IMG/VR virus record: IMGVR_UViG_3300037193_003384
Location: 2,145-66,144 of that record
From: a virus
Lineage: Duplodnaviria; Caudoviricetes
Direction: 5' to 3' (one strand)
DNA: 64,000 nucleotides
Shown here: positions 1-12,507 of the stretch, one piece after another
Numbering within the stretch: the stretch's first letter is position 1
Layout of the letters: every line of letters begins with the position of its first letter
Position numbers and translations under genes: made by a program
The notes under the pieces: generated by a model
The model's database searches: none
What the model was told of the DNA's origin: nothing
What the model saw: only the letters and a program-made list of their open reading frames with translations

Positions 1-349
1 CACCATCAGCGGCGGCAGCACTGCCTGCCTCGCCGATGATCCAGTTCGCAGCCGATGCGACCGCGGCTTTCCCGCCAGCGGCGCCGGTGATCTTCTGCCC
101 GATGGTGATCGGGCCCGAGGCTTCGCAGAGCGCCACGCCCTCGGTCTGCACGTCACCCGCGAAGCCGTCGAGGATGGCTGCCATGGTCACGCCATACGGC
201 AGCGTGCTGCCATCGACGGCGGGCGTGATGGAGTCCACCGCGGTGGTGGCCTTCTTGACGATGCGATATTTCGCGATCGTGCTGCCGGTTGCATTGAGCC
301 CCGGCTTGATCCCGCCCTGGTCTTTTACGAACGCTCGAGGTTGAGGCAT
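1..349 (-). CDS. capsid decoration/cement protein (DUF2190-like), 3' end runs off window
   Basis: Not in the ORF track. Read manually from ATG at 349: MPQPRAFVKDQGGIKPGLNATGSTIAKYRIVKK...GDVQTEGVALCEASGPITIGQKITGAAGGKA. GGGGGA RBS, directly after the protease gene. Confidence 0.7.
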   Translation of the reverse strand, partial: MPQPRAFVKDQGGIKPGLNATGSTIAKYRIVKKATTAVDSITPAVDGSTLPYGVTMAAILDGFAGDVQTEGVALCEASGPITIGQKITGAAGGKAAVASAANWIIGEAGSAAAADG

Positions 350-376
350 CTCGATTCCCCCTGTCTGGTGTTGCCG

Positions 377-1834
377 CTACTCGAGCTTCAGCTCGACGGT
401 GGGGCGCAGCTGGCTCGCCCGCTTGATCTGCGCCGCGTACGGCAGCGACGCGAAGGTCTTGTCGGTGGCCCGCAGGTGCTGCACGAAGCGCAGCGTCGGG
501 TTGGGCCCCGGCACGTTCGTGAGATCGACCACGGGCTTATCGCCGTCGCTGCGCGGTTCGATGACGAGCGGCGCGCCGCCCTTCGGCGGCTCGAGCTGCT
601 GGCCACCAGGGCCCGCCACGAACGACTGCGTGAGATGCACCTTGTCCGGGTCCACGCCGTATTTCGACAGGAACGCCTTCCGTCCCTTCGCCATCGCATC
701 GCGCTTCTCGCTGAGCGACATCACCTCGCCGGGCTTCTTCGAGGCCTTCACCTTCTGCACCTCGGTCTCGACGAGATGGCTGCGGTGCACGGCCAGCGCT
801 TCCTCTGCGCCGGTGCCGGTGAGTTTGCCAGCGCGCATCGCGGCGCCCACGTCGGCCTTGCTCACGGCAGCGTCCGCGGTGGCTTCCTGCGCCATCAGCG
901 CGTCCAGCTCACTCAGCAGACCCGCCAGCTTCTCGCGCGCGTTGCGCAGCTCGGGGATCGCCTTCAGCGCGTCGTCCACCTGCGGGACGCCCAGCGCCTC
1001 GAGCAGGCTCTTGAGACTGCCGCCGCTCTTGACGGCTTCCTCGACTGCATCGCCTACCGCGGCATCGTCAGCGAGGGCTTGAATCTTGAGCGCCCGGCAG
1101 ATGCGCTCGCGTAGCTTAACGTCCATGTCGGCACCCGTGGATGTAGGTTCACGCTTATCGCCGGGCGCCTCCGACGGGTTGCCCGGTGAGGGTACCGCGC
1201 CCGGCGCGGGTTGGCTAGTCCGTCGGCTGGCAGCGATCGGTTCCAGGTCGAGCATGAAGGGATGGTTGGTGATCGCGATGCTGGTAAGCATCGGTCCGAT
1301 CTCCTCACCGGTGATCCAGTGTACGCCCGAGAGGGTGAAGGCGATGGACACCCAGCGCTGCGTGCGGGCTTTGATCTGCTTCCGCAGGTCATCCAGCAGC
1401 TCGGCGAACGCCCAGAGCGCGACCTTCCCGTCGGGCAGTTTGCGCAGCTCGAGCTCGAGCGCCCAGGCGCAGGCGGGCGCGCCGTCCTTCGGGATCGAGC
1501 CTTCCCAGGGCGGGCACTCCGAGGCGTGCTCGTAGTCGAACTGCAGCACCGGTGCGATGCCGCCGGTGTAGGTTTGCCCGGCGCCGAGCTGCAGGGCGCC
1601 GGCCTTGTACTGCGGGTGCGAGCGGAAATTCCGGACGAACGCCTCGAGCACGGCGGGCGTCATGTTGAACGCGCCCTGGTGGTGGCCGCGGTATTCGCCC
1701 TCGTTGCAGCAGTGGATCCACTTGTATTGAGGGACGTCGATCGCTGCCGTGTCGTTCGCGGGCGGCGCCTCGGCGTCCAGCAGGACGACGCCCGGCATGA
1801 AATGCGTTGCCCAGTTGCGCGCTGGTTCCCCCAT
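377..1834 (-). CDS. Mu-like prohead protease I / scaffold
   Basis: FDYEHAS, RWVSIAF and LTSIAITNHPF motifs typical of the Mu gp32 family. Helical scaffold-like C-half, position after gpF. Confidence 0.85.
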   Translation of the reverse strand: MGEPARNWATHFMPGVVLLDAEAPPANDTAAIDVPQYKWIHCCNEGEYRGHHQGAFNMTPAVLEAFVRNFRSHPQYKAGALQLGAGQTYTGGIAPVLQFDYEHASECPPWEGSIPKDGAPACAWALELELRKLPDGKVALWAFAELLDDLRKQIKARTQRWVSIAFTLSGVHWITGEEIGPMLTSIAITNHPFMLDLEPIAASRRTSQPAPGAVPSPGNPSEAPGDKREPTSTGADMDVKLRERICRALKIQALADDAAVGDAVEEAVKSGGSLKSLLEALGVPQVDDALKAIPELRNAREKLAGLLSELDALMAQEATADAAVSKADVGAAMRAGKLTGTGAEEALAVHRSHLVETEVQKVKASKKPGEVMSLSEKRDAMAKGRKAFLSKYGVDPDKVHLTQSFVAGPGGQQLEPPKGGAPLVIEPRSDGDKPVVDLTNVPGPNPTLRFVQHLRATDKTFASLPYAAQIKRASQLRPTVELKLE

Positions 1835-1898
1835 GCGCGGAAGTCTACGGGCCGGGATCCGCTGCGTGCAATGCGAGCGCGCACGCGCGCGGTCGATT

Positions 1899-1918
1899 AC
1901 CGATCCATATGGATCGGT
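1899..1918. promoter_or_regulatory. perfect 20-bp palindrome ACCGATCCATATGGATCGGT, candidate operator
   Basis: Exact inverted repeat in an intergenic gap. Related ATGGATC motifs at 5281, 27718 and 30681. Confidence 0.55.
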
Positions 1919-1922
1919 TTGC

Positions 1923-2453
1923 TCACGCCGCGACGCACGGCTTGGTGAGCTCCTCGATCTCGCGATCGAGCCAGCTGGCGAAGTTGCGCGGGCTGCGCCA
2001 CTCCTTGCGCGCTTCGATCAGCGTCTCCAGGCGGATCTCCGCGCGCCGGTCCCGCTGCCGTTGCAGGTTGAGCGCCACGCGCGCGCCCTCATCGCGCTCG
2101 GCCACGCCCTGCCCAGCGGTGCCGTTCTCGGCGCGCGCCTGCGCGTTCGGACGCCACCGCGTATTCATGCGCTCGCGGCAGGTGGCGCACATCATGTGGG
2201 GCTTGCCCTTGTGCCGGCCCCGTTCGACGATCGCGCCGTCGAGGTTGCGACCGCAGGCGCACCTGCCCTCGGCGTGCAGTGCAGCAACCCGCGCGCGCTT
2301 CTTCCGTGCGCAGTAGAGGCGCACGGCCTTGGTGCGTGCCTGCTCTTCGTCGGCGGCGCTGACCACGATCCACTCGTCGTGGCCCGGGCCCTCGATCTCG
2401 CGGACGGTGTAGAGCTTCCCGTCCTCGGTGAACGTGACACGCCAGTATCGCAT
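1923..2453 (-). CDS. hypothetical protein with Cys pairs (CACG, CATC)
   Basis: Fills the gap between gpF and protease, with TATAGT and a G-rich RBS upstream. Confidence 0.6.
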   Translation of the reverse strand: MRYWRVTFTEDGKLYTVREIEGPGHDEWIVVSAADEEQARTKAVRLYCARKKRARVAALHAEGRCACGRNLDGAIVERGRHKGKPHMMCATCRERMNTRWRPNAQARAENGTAGQGVAERDEGARVALNLQRQRDRRAEIRLETLIEARKEWRSPRNFASWLDREIEELTKPCVAA

Positions 2454-2477
2454 GGCCCCCCCGGCGGGGACTATACA

Positions 2478-3458
2478 TCACGCAGCCAGCAGCTGCTCGA
2501 TGCCGCTGGTGAAGCCCTCATCGGGCATGCGCGAGAAGATGCCGCCCGTGCCCTCCTGCACCATCGGCGCGCCCTGGGTGAGGGACAGCGAGCGCACGCG
2601 GCACCTGCAGTTGTACCCTGCGGGTGGGTAGCAGCGCTGCCAGAAGGGATCGTTCGCGCGCAGCACGATGCCGTGCATGGCCTGGTGCGTGGGGCGCTGC
2701 CGGGGCGGGCCGTCGCCCACGCCGAGCCACTGCCAGAAGGGCCGCAGCTCGAGCACCTCGGGCTGGGTCATCTGCCGCGCGCGCCCGCCGTTGTAGGCGC
2801 CCACCACGTTGGTGCGGAACACGGTCTCGACGTGGCTCGGGTTCGCGGGCGTCCACCCGGCGCTCTCGAAGCGGGCTGCCGCGTGTTTGCCGAACTCAGC
2901 CAGGTCCGCGCCCACCGCGATCTGCCGCAGCAGCTCACGCTTGACGGTGCGCACCATCTCCTCGCTGGCTGCGTTCGCTACCGTGAAGGCGCGCTTCTTC
3001 GCCGCCGCCTCCATCTGATCGAACACGTCGCGGGTGACGGTCTCGCGCTCGAGGAACCGCTTGATGGCTTCCGCCAGCGGGCGCGCGGCGAACTGGGTGT
3101 CGGTCTGAGCCAGCAGCCGCGGGTGCGCGTGCAGCGCGCCGAAGGCTTCGACCTTCACCTGCGCGTCGTTCTCGCCCTCGTACCAGCTGTCCAGGGCGCC
3201 CAGCATGGAGCCCTGCAGGAGCTCACGCCGGACGGGGGCCTCGATGCGGCGGGTGCCGAAGCGATCGGCAGCCCCGTCGATCGCGCTGCGGATCGTGGTG
3301 GCGCTGGTCTTGCCGCGCACGGCGCTCACGATGGCGTCGGCGAGCGCGCTGGTGGCCGCCAGCGTCTCGTCCACGCCGCGCTCCACCATCAGGTCCGGCG
3401 TGCCGAAGACCGACGCGGGCTGCGCCGCCAGGCAGATGTGGCGGGCGGCGGCGATCAC
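2478..3458 (-). CDS. phage Mu gpF-like minor head protein
   Basis: AFTVA, ETVFRTN, RPTHQAMHG and YPPAGYNCRCRV motifs. GTG start overlaps the portal stop (GTGA). Confidence 0.9.
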   Translation of the reverse strand: MIAAARHICLAAQPASVFGTPDLMVERGVDETLAATSALADAIVSAVRGKTSATTIRSAIDGAADRFGTRRIEAPVRRELLQGSMLGALDSWYEGENDAQVKVEAFGALHAHPRLLAQTDTQFAARPLAEAIKRFLERETVTRDVFDQMEAAAKKRAFTVANAASEEMVRTVKRELLRQIAVGADLAEFGKHAAARFESAGWTPANPSHVETVFRTNVVGAYNGGRARQMTQPEVLELRPFWQWLGVGDGPPRQRPTHQAMHGIVLRANDPFWQRCYPPAGYNCRCRVRSLSLTQGAPMVQEGTGGIFSRMPDEGFTSGIEQLLAA

Positions 3459-5218
3459 GGCGCTGCGGGGGGAGGCGCCAGGCGGATCGGGCGCCATTCG
3501 ATCTTCCACACGGTCTCGCCGTTCACCACCTCGAAGTCCCGCACGCGTTCGATGCCGCAGAGCAGGCAGCGGTTGAGGCGCCCGTGTTCGCACCGCTCCA
3601 CCTGCGCCTCGGTCATCTTCTGCGCCAGCGACGCGATGGCGTCGGGCTCATCCTCATCGGGGCCCTGCGGCGCCGGCGGCACCTCACCCTCGGGTAAGGC
3701 ACCGGCAGGCGGTGTCGCACGAGGAGGCCCCTCATCACCGCCTGCCGGAACGTTGAACGCTGGCACGGGCACCTCGGCGAGCTCACCCGGCGTGGGCGCT
3801 TTGCCCGTCGGATAGACGATCTCGGGCGCGGGCGGCGGAGCGAGCTGCCCGAAGCCAGCCGGGCGCTGCACCTTCACGAGGTACGGCTGCCCGTCACGGA
3901 TCTCCTGCACGCCCAGCTTCTCCTGCGCCTCCTCCACGCTCACGCGCAGCCCCAGGTCCAGCGCCTTCTGCAGCCGGTTGCCCTCCTCCTCGCGGCTCAC
4001 GGGGGGCTCGGTGCGGAAGAGGAAGCGCGGCGCGTGGTCGACTTCCTGCGGCCCGAAGTTCACGGCGATGATCGCATCGGTCACCGCGTCCTCGATCGCC
4101 TCCGCCAGGCGCAGCGCGTCGGTGGCGATGATCAGATCCTCCTCGCTGAGATGCGCATCGCCAATGCTCGAGCCGAGGCCCGTGCTCACCGCGTCCGTGG
4201 TGCCGGTGCTGCCGAGCACCAGCTTGCTCTGCACCTTCTCGGAGTGGCTGATGATGTCGCCGCTCACCTGCCCCGCGCCGCTGAATGGCTGGATGACGTC
4301 CAGGTCCCAGCCCTGCGGCAGCTTCGCGGTGTTGTGGTGGCCGAGCCGCTGGACCGCTTCATAGGCGGCCTTGCCCGTGTCGTCGTTGAAGGAGACCGCG
4401 CTCTCAGGGATGGGCTTCACCACGCGCCACGGGCGCCCGAAGACCTCCTGCAGCAGGTTGCGTTCACGCACGCCGCAGCGCCCGAAATACGACCAGTAGA
4501 GCGTGCGCGTCGCGAGCCCCTCGCGCTCGGGGTAGTCGCAGAAAAGCTGCGGCGTGTAGATGACGAACTTGTAAGGCACCTCCCCGATCGGGAAGCCCAC
4601 GTCGCGGAACTCACCCACGTCCTGCCGGGTGTCGATGACGCGCAGATCGCGGTGCCGCCCGAAGCTGAGCCGGCGCGGGTGGATCCAGTTCAGGCCGATG
4701 ACGTTCCAGCAGCCGCGGTAGTATTGCCAGTCGAGCTCACTCGCGGCGCGCCCATCGAAGACCGCCCACGCCAGCTTGGTGAGCGCATCGCGGAAGTGTG
4801 GGATGGCCTCGAGCTGCGCGCGCACGAAGGAGGCGTACAGCTCTGCCGTGTCCTGGTTGATGGCCTCACCCGTCGCGGGCACGACGTCCCAGCCCAGCGC
4901 CGCCACGCGGTTGATCCGCTTCTGCAGCACCGCCGAGAGGTGCCCGTCATAGGTGAGCTGTTCCCTGGCGATGTCCGTGAGCAGCATCATCCGCCCGCGC
5001 TCAGCGCTGCGCAGGGCGAAGTCGATGCGCTGCAGGTCGAGTAGCTTCCCGTGGTGCGGGCGCTCGTTTTCCGCCTGCGGGATCAGATCGGCGAAGAGGT
5101 GCTTCCCCAGGACACCTGCCTTCACGGGCGCCAGCGGTGCCGTGGTGGTCGCCTGAATCGCTGCCCCTGCCGCAGCGTGCGCCGCGCGCCGGGGCCCCGC
5201 CCGCCCTCGCTTTTTCAC
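3455..5218 (-). CDS. portal protein (DUF935 / Mu gp29-like)
   Basis: DGHLSAVLQKR, AVFDGRAASELDW and SKLVLGSTGTT...GDAH motifs. Start placed at GTG 5218. Confidence 0.85.
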   Translation of the reverse strand: MKKRGRAGPRRAAHAAAGAAIQATTTAPLAPVKAGVLGKHLFADLIPQAENERPHHGKLLDLQRIDFALRSAERGRMMLLTDIAREQLTYDGHLSAVLQKRINRVAALGWDVVPATGEAINQDTAELYASFVRAQLEAIPHFRDALTKLAWAVFDGRAASELDWQYYRGCWNVIGLNWIHPRRLSFGRHRDLRVIDTRQDVGEFRDVGFPIGEVPYKFVIYTPQLFCDYPEREGLATRTLYWSYFGRCGVRERNLLQEVFGRPWRVVKPIPESAVSFNDDTGKAAYEAVQRLGHHNTAKLPQGWDLDVIQPFSGAGQVSGDIISHSEKVQSKLVLGSTGTTDAVSTGLGSSIGDAHLSEEDLIIATDALRLAEAIEDAVTDAIIAVNFGPQEVDHAPRFLFRTEPPVSREEEGNRLQKALDLGLRVSVEEAQEKLGVQEIRDGQPYLVKVQRPAGFGQLAPPPAPEIVYPTGKAPTPGELAEVPVPAFNVPAGGDEGPPRATPPAGALPEGEVPPAPQGPDEDEPDAIASLAQKMTEAQVERCEHGRLNRCLLCGIERVRDFEVVNGETVWKIEWRPIRLAPPPAAP

Positions 5219-5280
5219 GACCAGAGAGTACCTGGCCGGGCACGCTAGCGCACCACTGTCCGCTGGTGGTGTCAACGGGA

Positions 5281-5299
5281 AACCTGTATATGGATCACC
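5281..5299 (+). promoter_or_regulatory. 19-bp motif AACCTGTATATGGATCACC ahead of the rightward small-gene cluster
   Basis: 18/19 identical to the minus-strand copy at 27718-27736, both upstream of gene clusters. Confidence 0.55.
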
Positions 5300-5319
5300 T
5301 TTGACGGGGACGACGACGA

Positions 5320-8300
5320 ATGACCACACCAGGGGTACCAGGCCACGGCCTGGCTGATGGCGACGGGATCGCTGCGGAGGAGCTGCGCACGGCGCGGTTC
5401 ATCCTGGTGGCGATGCGCGGGCAGATCTTCCGCCAGCACATCGACGCCCACCACGCGCCGCACCGAGCCAGATGCGAAGAGCTCAGCCTCAAAGCGCTGC
5501 CGCCCGAGTGGCGCGAAGCCTGGCAGTGGGGCTTCAGGTGGGGATGATGGAGGACATCGAGCGGCTCTGCGCAGCCGGCGGCTGGATCGTCGATCCCGCG
5601 CAAGAGATCGAGACGCTGGCGCTGCCCGGGCCCGAGACGGAGTGCTCGAAGCAGTGGCCAGACGGGCTCCTCATCAAAGGCAAATGGGGCGACGGCCCGT
5701 GGATCCTAGAGCCCGACTTCGTGGTGTTCCGGGCGAAGGCCGAGCCGCACTATCGCTGCTGCGTGTGGCGGCAGAACATGCACGGCCAGCTCAACGGCTA
5801 TGTGCTGGTACCGAGCGGGCACCCCGCGCACGGCGCCGGCTACGATGCCGTCCAAGGGCTCGGAGTGAGAGGGCACCGCGGGCTCACGTTCGGTGGCCCC
5901 GCGCCTGGCGGTGGCTGGCTGGTGGGCTTCCACACCGGGCATGCCTTCGATTTCCAGCCGGCGCTCGAAGCGCGCTCGCCGAGGCACCTGCGCATCGGGC
6001 TCAACAATGCCTTCGCAATCATAGATTGTGGCTACCGCGATCTCGCGTACGTGCGCGGTGAGCTCGAGCAGGCGGCAGCGGACCTAGCTGCCATGGAGTC
6101 ACGATGAGCCAGAGCCGTAAGTTCCGCAGGCAGTACCGCGCCGCCGCGCGCAAGGATCCGATGCCGCCCGGGTGGGACAAGGTCGAGTCCCGTGAGCGCG
6201 AGCGCGTGAATGAAGCGATGAAGGCTGTGCAGAAGATGCTACCCGACCGCGGGCTCGTCCTGCTGGCAGCCCCGCAGGGCACCAGCACGCAGGACGTGGA
6301 CGCCATCGCATGCGTGCACAACCTCACGGATCGCGCCCAGGTCGCGAGCCTGTTCGAGGCCATGCTGGAGTGGTGGAGCGGATCGGTGATCACGGCGCAG
6401 CCCGACCGTGCGTGCGTGGCCGCGCTGCGTGAGGGCGTGGGCGCGGTGAGCGACATCCCGCGGCCAGAGGTGGCGCGCCAGCTCGGGGCCGCCACGATGC
6501 GCGTGCTCGAGGCGATGGCCCAACGGCGAGCGCCCGATAGCCAGGACTGCCTGATGCTGGCGACGATCGCGCTCACGCTTTTCGGTGACCAACACGAGCC
6601 CGAGCAGCACCAGGCACCGGGCGGCAGCGCTGACGGGAGCGGCGCGCCGCCGCCTGCGCCGTTGCCGCCGCCGCGGCAGTGGCCGAAGGGCAACACGAAG
6701 GAGACGCTATACGCTGACCTGCTCGAGCGGCCGCAGTCTGAGCACCGCGATCAGCTGATCGAGATGGCGAGGGCGGGCAAATTCCACGACTACGAGAGCG
6801 AGGTGTCCAACCCGAAGGCGCTGCTCATCGACATCCTGGCGCGCTTCGGCTTCCCCGATCTGGCGGGCAAGGCACGCGACGGCGGTTACAACGATGAGCA
6901 CGCGACGCTCGAGCAAACAGAGGAGCTGCGCGCGGAGGTGGGCGCTGAGCGATACGACGACATGATGGGAGGCAAGCCCCGCGGCACGGCATGACAACAA
7001 CGGATCCCAAGACCAAGGCAGCCACCGTCGAGATGCTGCGCACGAGGAGCGTGACCGCGGTCTCTGATGACACTGGCTTTTCGACGGCGACGCTGTGGAA
7101 TTGGGCGAAGGCCGCAGGCATCAAGCCGCCCGACGGGCGGGCGAACTGGCGGGCGAACAGGGTCGAAAAACCACGAGCAACGGCAGCACCACCACAGGAC
7201 GAACCAATGGCGAAGAAGAAGGCGAAGAAGAAGCGCCGGCGCAAGGCCGCGCCCACTGCGAAGGCAGCAGCGGCCCCGTTGCTGGATGCAGCGCTGGCCG
7301 ATATCGAGCGCGCCGGCAAAAGCATCCGCGCCCTCCAAGAGGCTTACCGCAAGGTGTTTGGCGGATGACCCCCGAGCTGGTGCTGAGCTTCGAGCCACCG
7401 CTCGGGATGGTGCCGCAGGTCACGCGGGTGACGAACGCGTCGCGGCAGCTGCGCACCACCGTGTGCGACGCGGATGGCCGCGAGCACACGCTCGGGCCCG
7501 GCGAGACCGTCGAGGGCCGCTTCGTCATCGGTGCCGTAGCCATGGGGCTGCGGCGATGAGCCGTTACATGCCGGAGATCGTGGAGCTCGGGATGCGGACC
7601 GAAGCGAAGGCGGTCTATGCGTTCGTGCTCGACGGCAACAAGGGGACCGGCGGCTGCCCGCTGGTGATGGGCATGGAGGCGCTGGATCGGCGCACGTATA
7701 ACGAACGCTGCCGTGAGCTGATCGCCATGATGCGCCGGAGCGCTGACCTGCTGGCGGCGGATCTGCTGCGGCAGGGATTCGGAGGTGAGGGGTGAGCCAT
7801 CAGTTCAAGCCGTGGGAGAAGCCCACGCGCGCGAAGCCCACGGCGGACAGCTTCACCGCGCCGCTCGAATCGGGGGAACTGCTGGCGGCCAAGCTGCTGG
7901 GCATCGCCGCCTATCAGTCGCCGTTCGAACGCGACCGGAAGGACCCGGACGGCATCTGGTACCTGCACCGGCGTGAGCTCGACGACGGCCGCGTGCTGTA
8001 CCTCGAGCCCATGCTCGGCGGCACGGTGAGCCTCTGCATCGCGACGGACCAATGGAACATCTCGGACCGCTACTGCTACCACGATCACGATGCGGGCTGG
8101 CGTGCGGTGCTGGGCTGGAATGGCAAAGGGGATCCGGAGGGCTGGTATCGGCACTCGCCCAGCATGCGGCGCCGGCCCGACTTCACGATCGAGAGTGAGT
8201 ACATCAACGCGAGTGAGGGCGGATGAAGCTGGCACCACTGCTCGAGCAGGCGGTCGCTGCTGGGCTGATGAAGCCGAGGCCGCCGATCGGTGGGCGGAGG

Positions 8301-10056
8301 ACCTGGCGAAGGCAAAGACGGCTGGGCGCATCACCGAGACCGAAGCACACCAGCAGATCATGGAGCGCGCCCTGCGCGACGCACGGGCGGCCCGGAAACG
8401 CAGGGCGAACTGATGAACCGACACGAACGGAGGAAGCAGCGCGCGCAGGAACGGAAGGCGCGCCGCCACGGGGACACGATGGGCGCGGGCTACACGGTGA
8501 CGAATGAGCCGCCGCGGTGGATGCAAGAGCACCCAGCCTTCATCGAGGGGCAGAGGGCAGCGAAGAGTGGTGAGCTGCCGCCGCGCTACTACGAGGACAT
8601 CCAGCAGGCGGCGCGGCTGATCTACGAGTGGTATCAGGCGCAGCCCGAGCCGCCGGAGCTGCGCTGGGTCGAGGAGCGCGACGACGGCACGTTCATGATC
8701 GCGGCGCTGGATGCGCCCCACCTGCTGGCGGACAGCCCGGATGCGTTCCGCCTGCTGGCGTGGCTCGATGAGCAGACGGGTCGGAAGCTCACCATCTATC
8801 AGGCGCGCTGGGCGCTGCGGCTCTGCCGCGCGCTGCCGATGCAGGACGGCAGCTACTACGGCGTGGAGACGAAGTTCGAGAGCAAAGCGCTGCAGGCGCT
8901 GCGGGCCTTCGCCAATGACGTGAAAAACGAGGGCACCACCGCGCTGGCGATCGCCTCGCCCTGCGGGCACTGCGGCAAGGAGCTCGATGCCGCGTCGGCC
9001 GCGCCCGGGGAACGCCCGGAGCCGGGCTGCTACAGCATCTGCACCGCGTGCGGCGGGCTCAGCCGGTTCGATGACGAGATGCGCCTGGTGCGCGTGAGCG
9101 ACGAGGAGCTGGCTGAGATGCCGGAGTACTTCCAAGCCCAGGCGCAGGAGATGAAGGCGTTGATACTGCAGGGCAAGGCCCGCCATCAGATGGAAGGGCT
9201 GCCCGGAAAGAAGACGGTGATCGAGGCATGACGGACGACGACGGCCGCGAGATGAAGCTGGTGGATGCGCCGCCCGATCTGCCCTCGGGGCTGCTGCTGA
9301 AGGCCTGCCAGGAGCTGCACCAGGGCCACTCGCCGTTCACGATGGTGATGGCGATCGGCTGCTATAAGCTCGTGGATCCACGGACCGGCACGCAGTACCC
9401 GCAGATCGCGGTGGCCTCTCACCTGCGCAAGGATATGCCTGAGGAGCTGGCGCGGCTGGCAGACAAGCTGCGGCAGGTCGTGGCGGACCTGGACGCCATC
9501 CTGGCCACGCAGGGACAGCCGGCATCGTGATCACCGTGCCCTGGCTGCCCTGGCTGGCGCCGCACGAGGAGGTGCCCGGCGAGGTGATCCTGGTGCTGTA
9601 CCTGATCCTCGCGATCTCCTGCACGAGGGGGATCATCACGGGCACCGCCATGCTGCAGGAGCTCAGCGCGCGCACGGAGATGGCGGAGGACGACCTGGTG
9701 TTTTACCTGCACATGGCGATGGAGCTGGGCATGCTGGGCGGCATCGACATCGCCACGGGCGGGGAAGTGACCGTCGAGCACGTCACCGCCGCCGAGCTGG
9801 CCGCGCTGGATCTGAGCGTGAACTGATGAGCCCCGAGCGCGAGCGCCTGCTGGACCTGCTGGTGGTGAGGACCTTTCTTCTCGCTGCCGACGAACGGCTG
9901 GCGGTGGCGGTGATGATCGCTGAGATCGAATCAGACGGGCGAAGCGCCGTCTTCGAGCGCCACCTGGACTATGCCGCGCACCTGGAGAACTTCGCGATGA
10001 TGGTGCATCGCAACGTGATCCAGTTCCCTAAGACACGCGGGCACCTGTTCGACTAG
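5320..10056 (+). other. cluster of about 12 overlapping small hypothetical genes (5320-5547, 5544-6107, 6104-6994, 6991-7368, 7365-7559, 7556-7795, 7792-8226, 8413-9231, 9228-9530, 9527-9826, 9826-10056)
   Basis: ATGA/GTGA start-stop overlaps chain the ORFs. No recognisable families except a possible HTH in 6991-7368. Confidence 0.65.
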
Positions 10057-12507
10057 CGCGCGCCGCGCCAGCCCGCCCGAGCCGCTCGATACGTCGCCAC
10101 CAGCCGCCGCGCCAGCACCGCGCCCGGGTGCTCGATCTCGGTCATCAGCTCCTCGGCGCGCTGCTTCGCGCTCACCGCCAGGCGCTCGTACACGGGGATC
10201 GCCTCGAGCTGGCTCTTCGCGTGGGCATCCATCAGCTCGGCCAGCTTCGTCTCGCCGGCTTCGCGGGCCGCGCTCGCGGTGCGCGTGCACTGGGCTGCCA
10301 GCAGCCGGGCCTCATCCAGCGCGCCCAGCGCGCGGCCTTGCTCGATGAGCAGCCCCGCCGCGTCACGGACCTTGCTGCGCATGCGCGGGCTCCCGGCGCC
10401 AGGATGGCGGGTTGGTCCCGCAGCCGTTGCAGACACGCTCCTGCCCGGTGCTGGTGGTGAGGTCTGCCGGCTGGAACCACTGCCCGCAGCCGTCGCACCG
10501 CTCGCGCTCGTCGTCATCGTCCATCGTCACCACCCCGGGCTGCACCCGCCCAACCGTATCATGATCGCGGTGAGGGCTGCGACCATGAACCACCAGGTTG
10601 CCCAGCGCTGCCAGCTCATTGGGACTGCAGCGCCTCCACGATCGCCTTCAGGCACGCCGGGCATGGCAGCAGGCGGCCGCCCTGCAGACGGTGCGCCGCG
10701 ACGTGATCGATGCTTCTGAAATCCCATCGCAGGAGATCGCGCTGCGCGCCGCACCAGACGTCGGTGATCCCGTGCTGCGGCTTCCGCACGTGCGCCTCCC
10801 ACTCCTCGAGCGCGCGGTTCACTCCGCACCCTTCGCTTTCTCAATTTGGATGCGCCTCTGGCGACGCTGCCAGCGTTCGAGATCCCGCGCCGCCAGGCGC
10901 AGAGCCTGCGCGTAACCCTGCGCCTCACCAAGCGCGCGGTCGCTGTAGAGCCTGGGATTATTGCGCGCCCGCCGCTCAGCCTCGTCCGCCAACATTCGCC
11001 ACTGCCGCACGAGCGCACCGCTCACGACGGCCCCTCGATGCTGGCGATGGCGTGGCTCTGCAGATCGGGAAGCCAGCCGCGCGCCAGCGCGTAGCCCAGC
11101 GACGGCAGGCCGAGGAAGCGCGCCGCGCGGGTGAGCTCGACCAATGCCTCCATGCTGGGCAGCACGCCGCTGGGTCTCATCAGGGTGCCGTGCCGCAGCC
11201 GCAGGTACCGCAGCTCGATCGACACCTCGGTGGAGCGATCGCAGATCGAGCCGTAGTACTCCGTCACCGGTAGGCTCCGACGAACTCAGCCACGATGGGC
11301 GCCAGCGCCCAGAGCACGAAGGCCACGCCCACCAGCACCAGCAGCGCACGCAGCGCGGGGTGCAGCGGCTTCTCTTCGTCCGAGCTCATCGCGCCCTCCA
11401 TGGCAGCAGCAGGCAGCGCGAGCACCGGCAGTCGCCCGGGTGCGGCCACTCACGGCGCAGGGCCACGCGGTAGCGCTCGCTGGCGAAGAAGGCGAGCCAG
11501 GCGAACGCCGCGCCCGCGTAGGCCAGCGGCCGAGCCGATTGCCACACCGTCCTAGAGGCGCCCCAGATCATCGCGACGAACGCCAGCATCGTGGCGATGT
11601 GGATGATGGACACCACCACCGTGATGCGCTTCCAACACTGCGCGGTCATTGGACCTCACCGCGGCTGCGTGCCGTGCCCGCCTCGATCTCGGCAGTCTCA
11701 CGCCGGATGCGCCGCGTCTCGTGCTCGATGTCCTGCGCCTCACGATGCACGCGCTGCGTGTACTCTGCAATCTCTGCCGTGGCCAGGCGGATGCGCGCCG
11801 TCTGGTATTTCGCAGCCTGCACCCACAGGATGAACAGCGCGATCCCGGAGCCCAGCGTGCGCGCGATCCACTCCGAGGGCACGTGCACGATGTAGCCGGC
11901 GAGGCACGCGCCCAGCGCCACGATCACGCAGGTCTGGCTGGCGTAGTAGCCCACGCGGATCGCGCGGTCGTAGCGCGCCACCCACTCATCGCTGACCTGG
12001 TGGCGGAGCTCGGTCATAGCAGTCCGAAGCTGAGCAGGGTCTTCCACTGCGCGGTGGTGACCATGCGGGTTTTGCCCGGGCTATCGCACGCGATCTCGCC
12101 GTGTGCGCAGCTCGAGGAGAAGCACGCGGTGCAGATCTTCACCAGCAGCTCCTTGCCCGACCGCGCGTGAGGCGGGCAGAAGCGATCGGGGCCCGCGCAC
12201 GTCCTGCACATGCGGCGGTTGCACATGCATTGCCGCCCGCTGCGCGTCACCGGGTATCGGCAGAAATGGACCGCGTCACCGCGGCAGCCCGTGGTCTCGC
12301 ACCGCACGCGGGTGTAGCAGACCGACATCAGCGCTCCACCACCTTCAGCGCGTACTCCTCGAGCAGCCGGATAAGCGGCTGCGGCAGCGGTTCGTGCTCG
12401 CGCGAACGGGACAGACGGCGGCCGATCCAGACGACGGGCGCGCCGGTCTCGTAGACCTCCACCGTGATGGTGATCGCGCCCAGCCGCTTGCCGCCTTCCC
12501 CTGCCAT
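10053..12507 (-). other. cluster of small hypothetical genes, several Cys-rich or hydrophobic
   Basis: Chained overlapping ORFs, e.g. 10053-10382, 10616-10822, 11022-11267, 11386-11649 (hydrophobic), 11646-12017, 12014-12328 (Cys-rich). Confidence 0.55.
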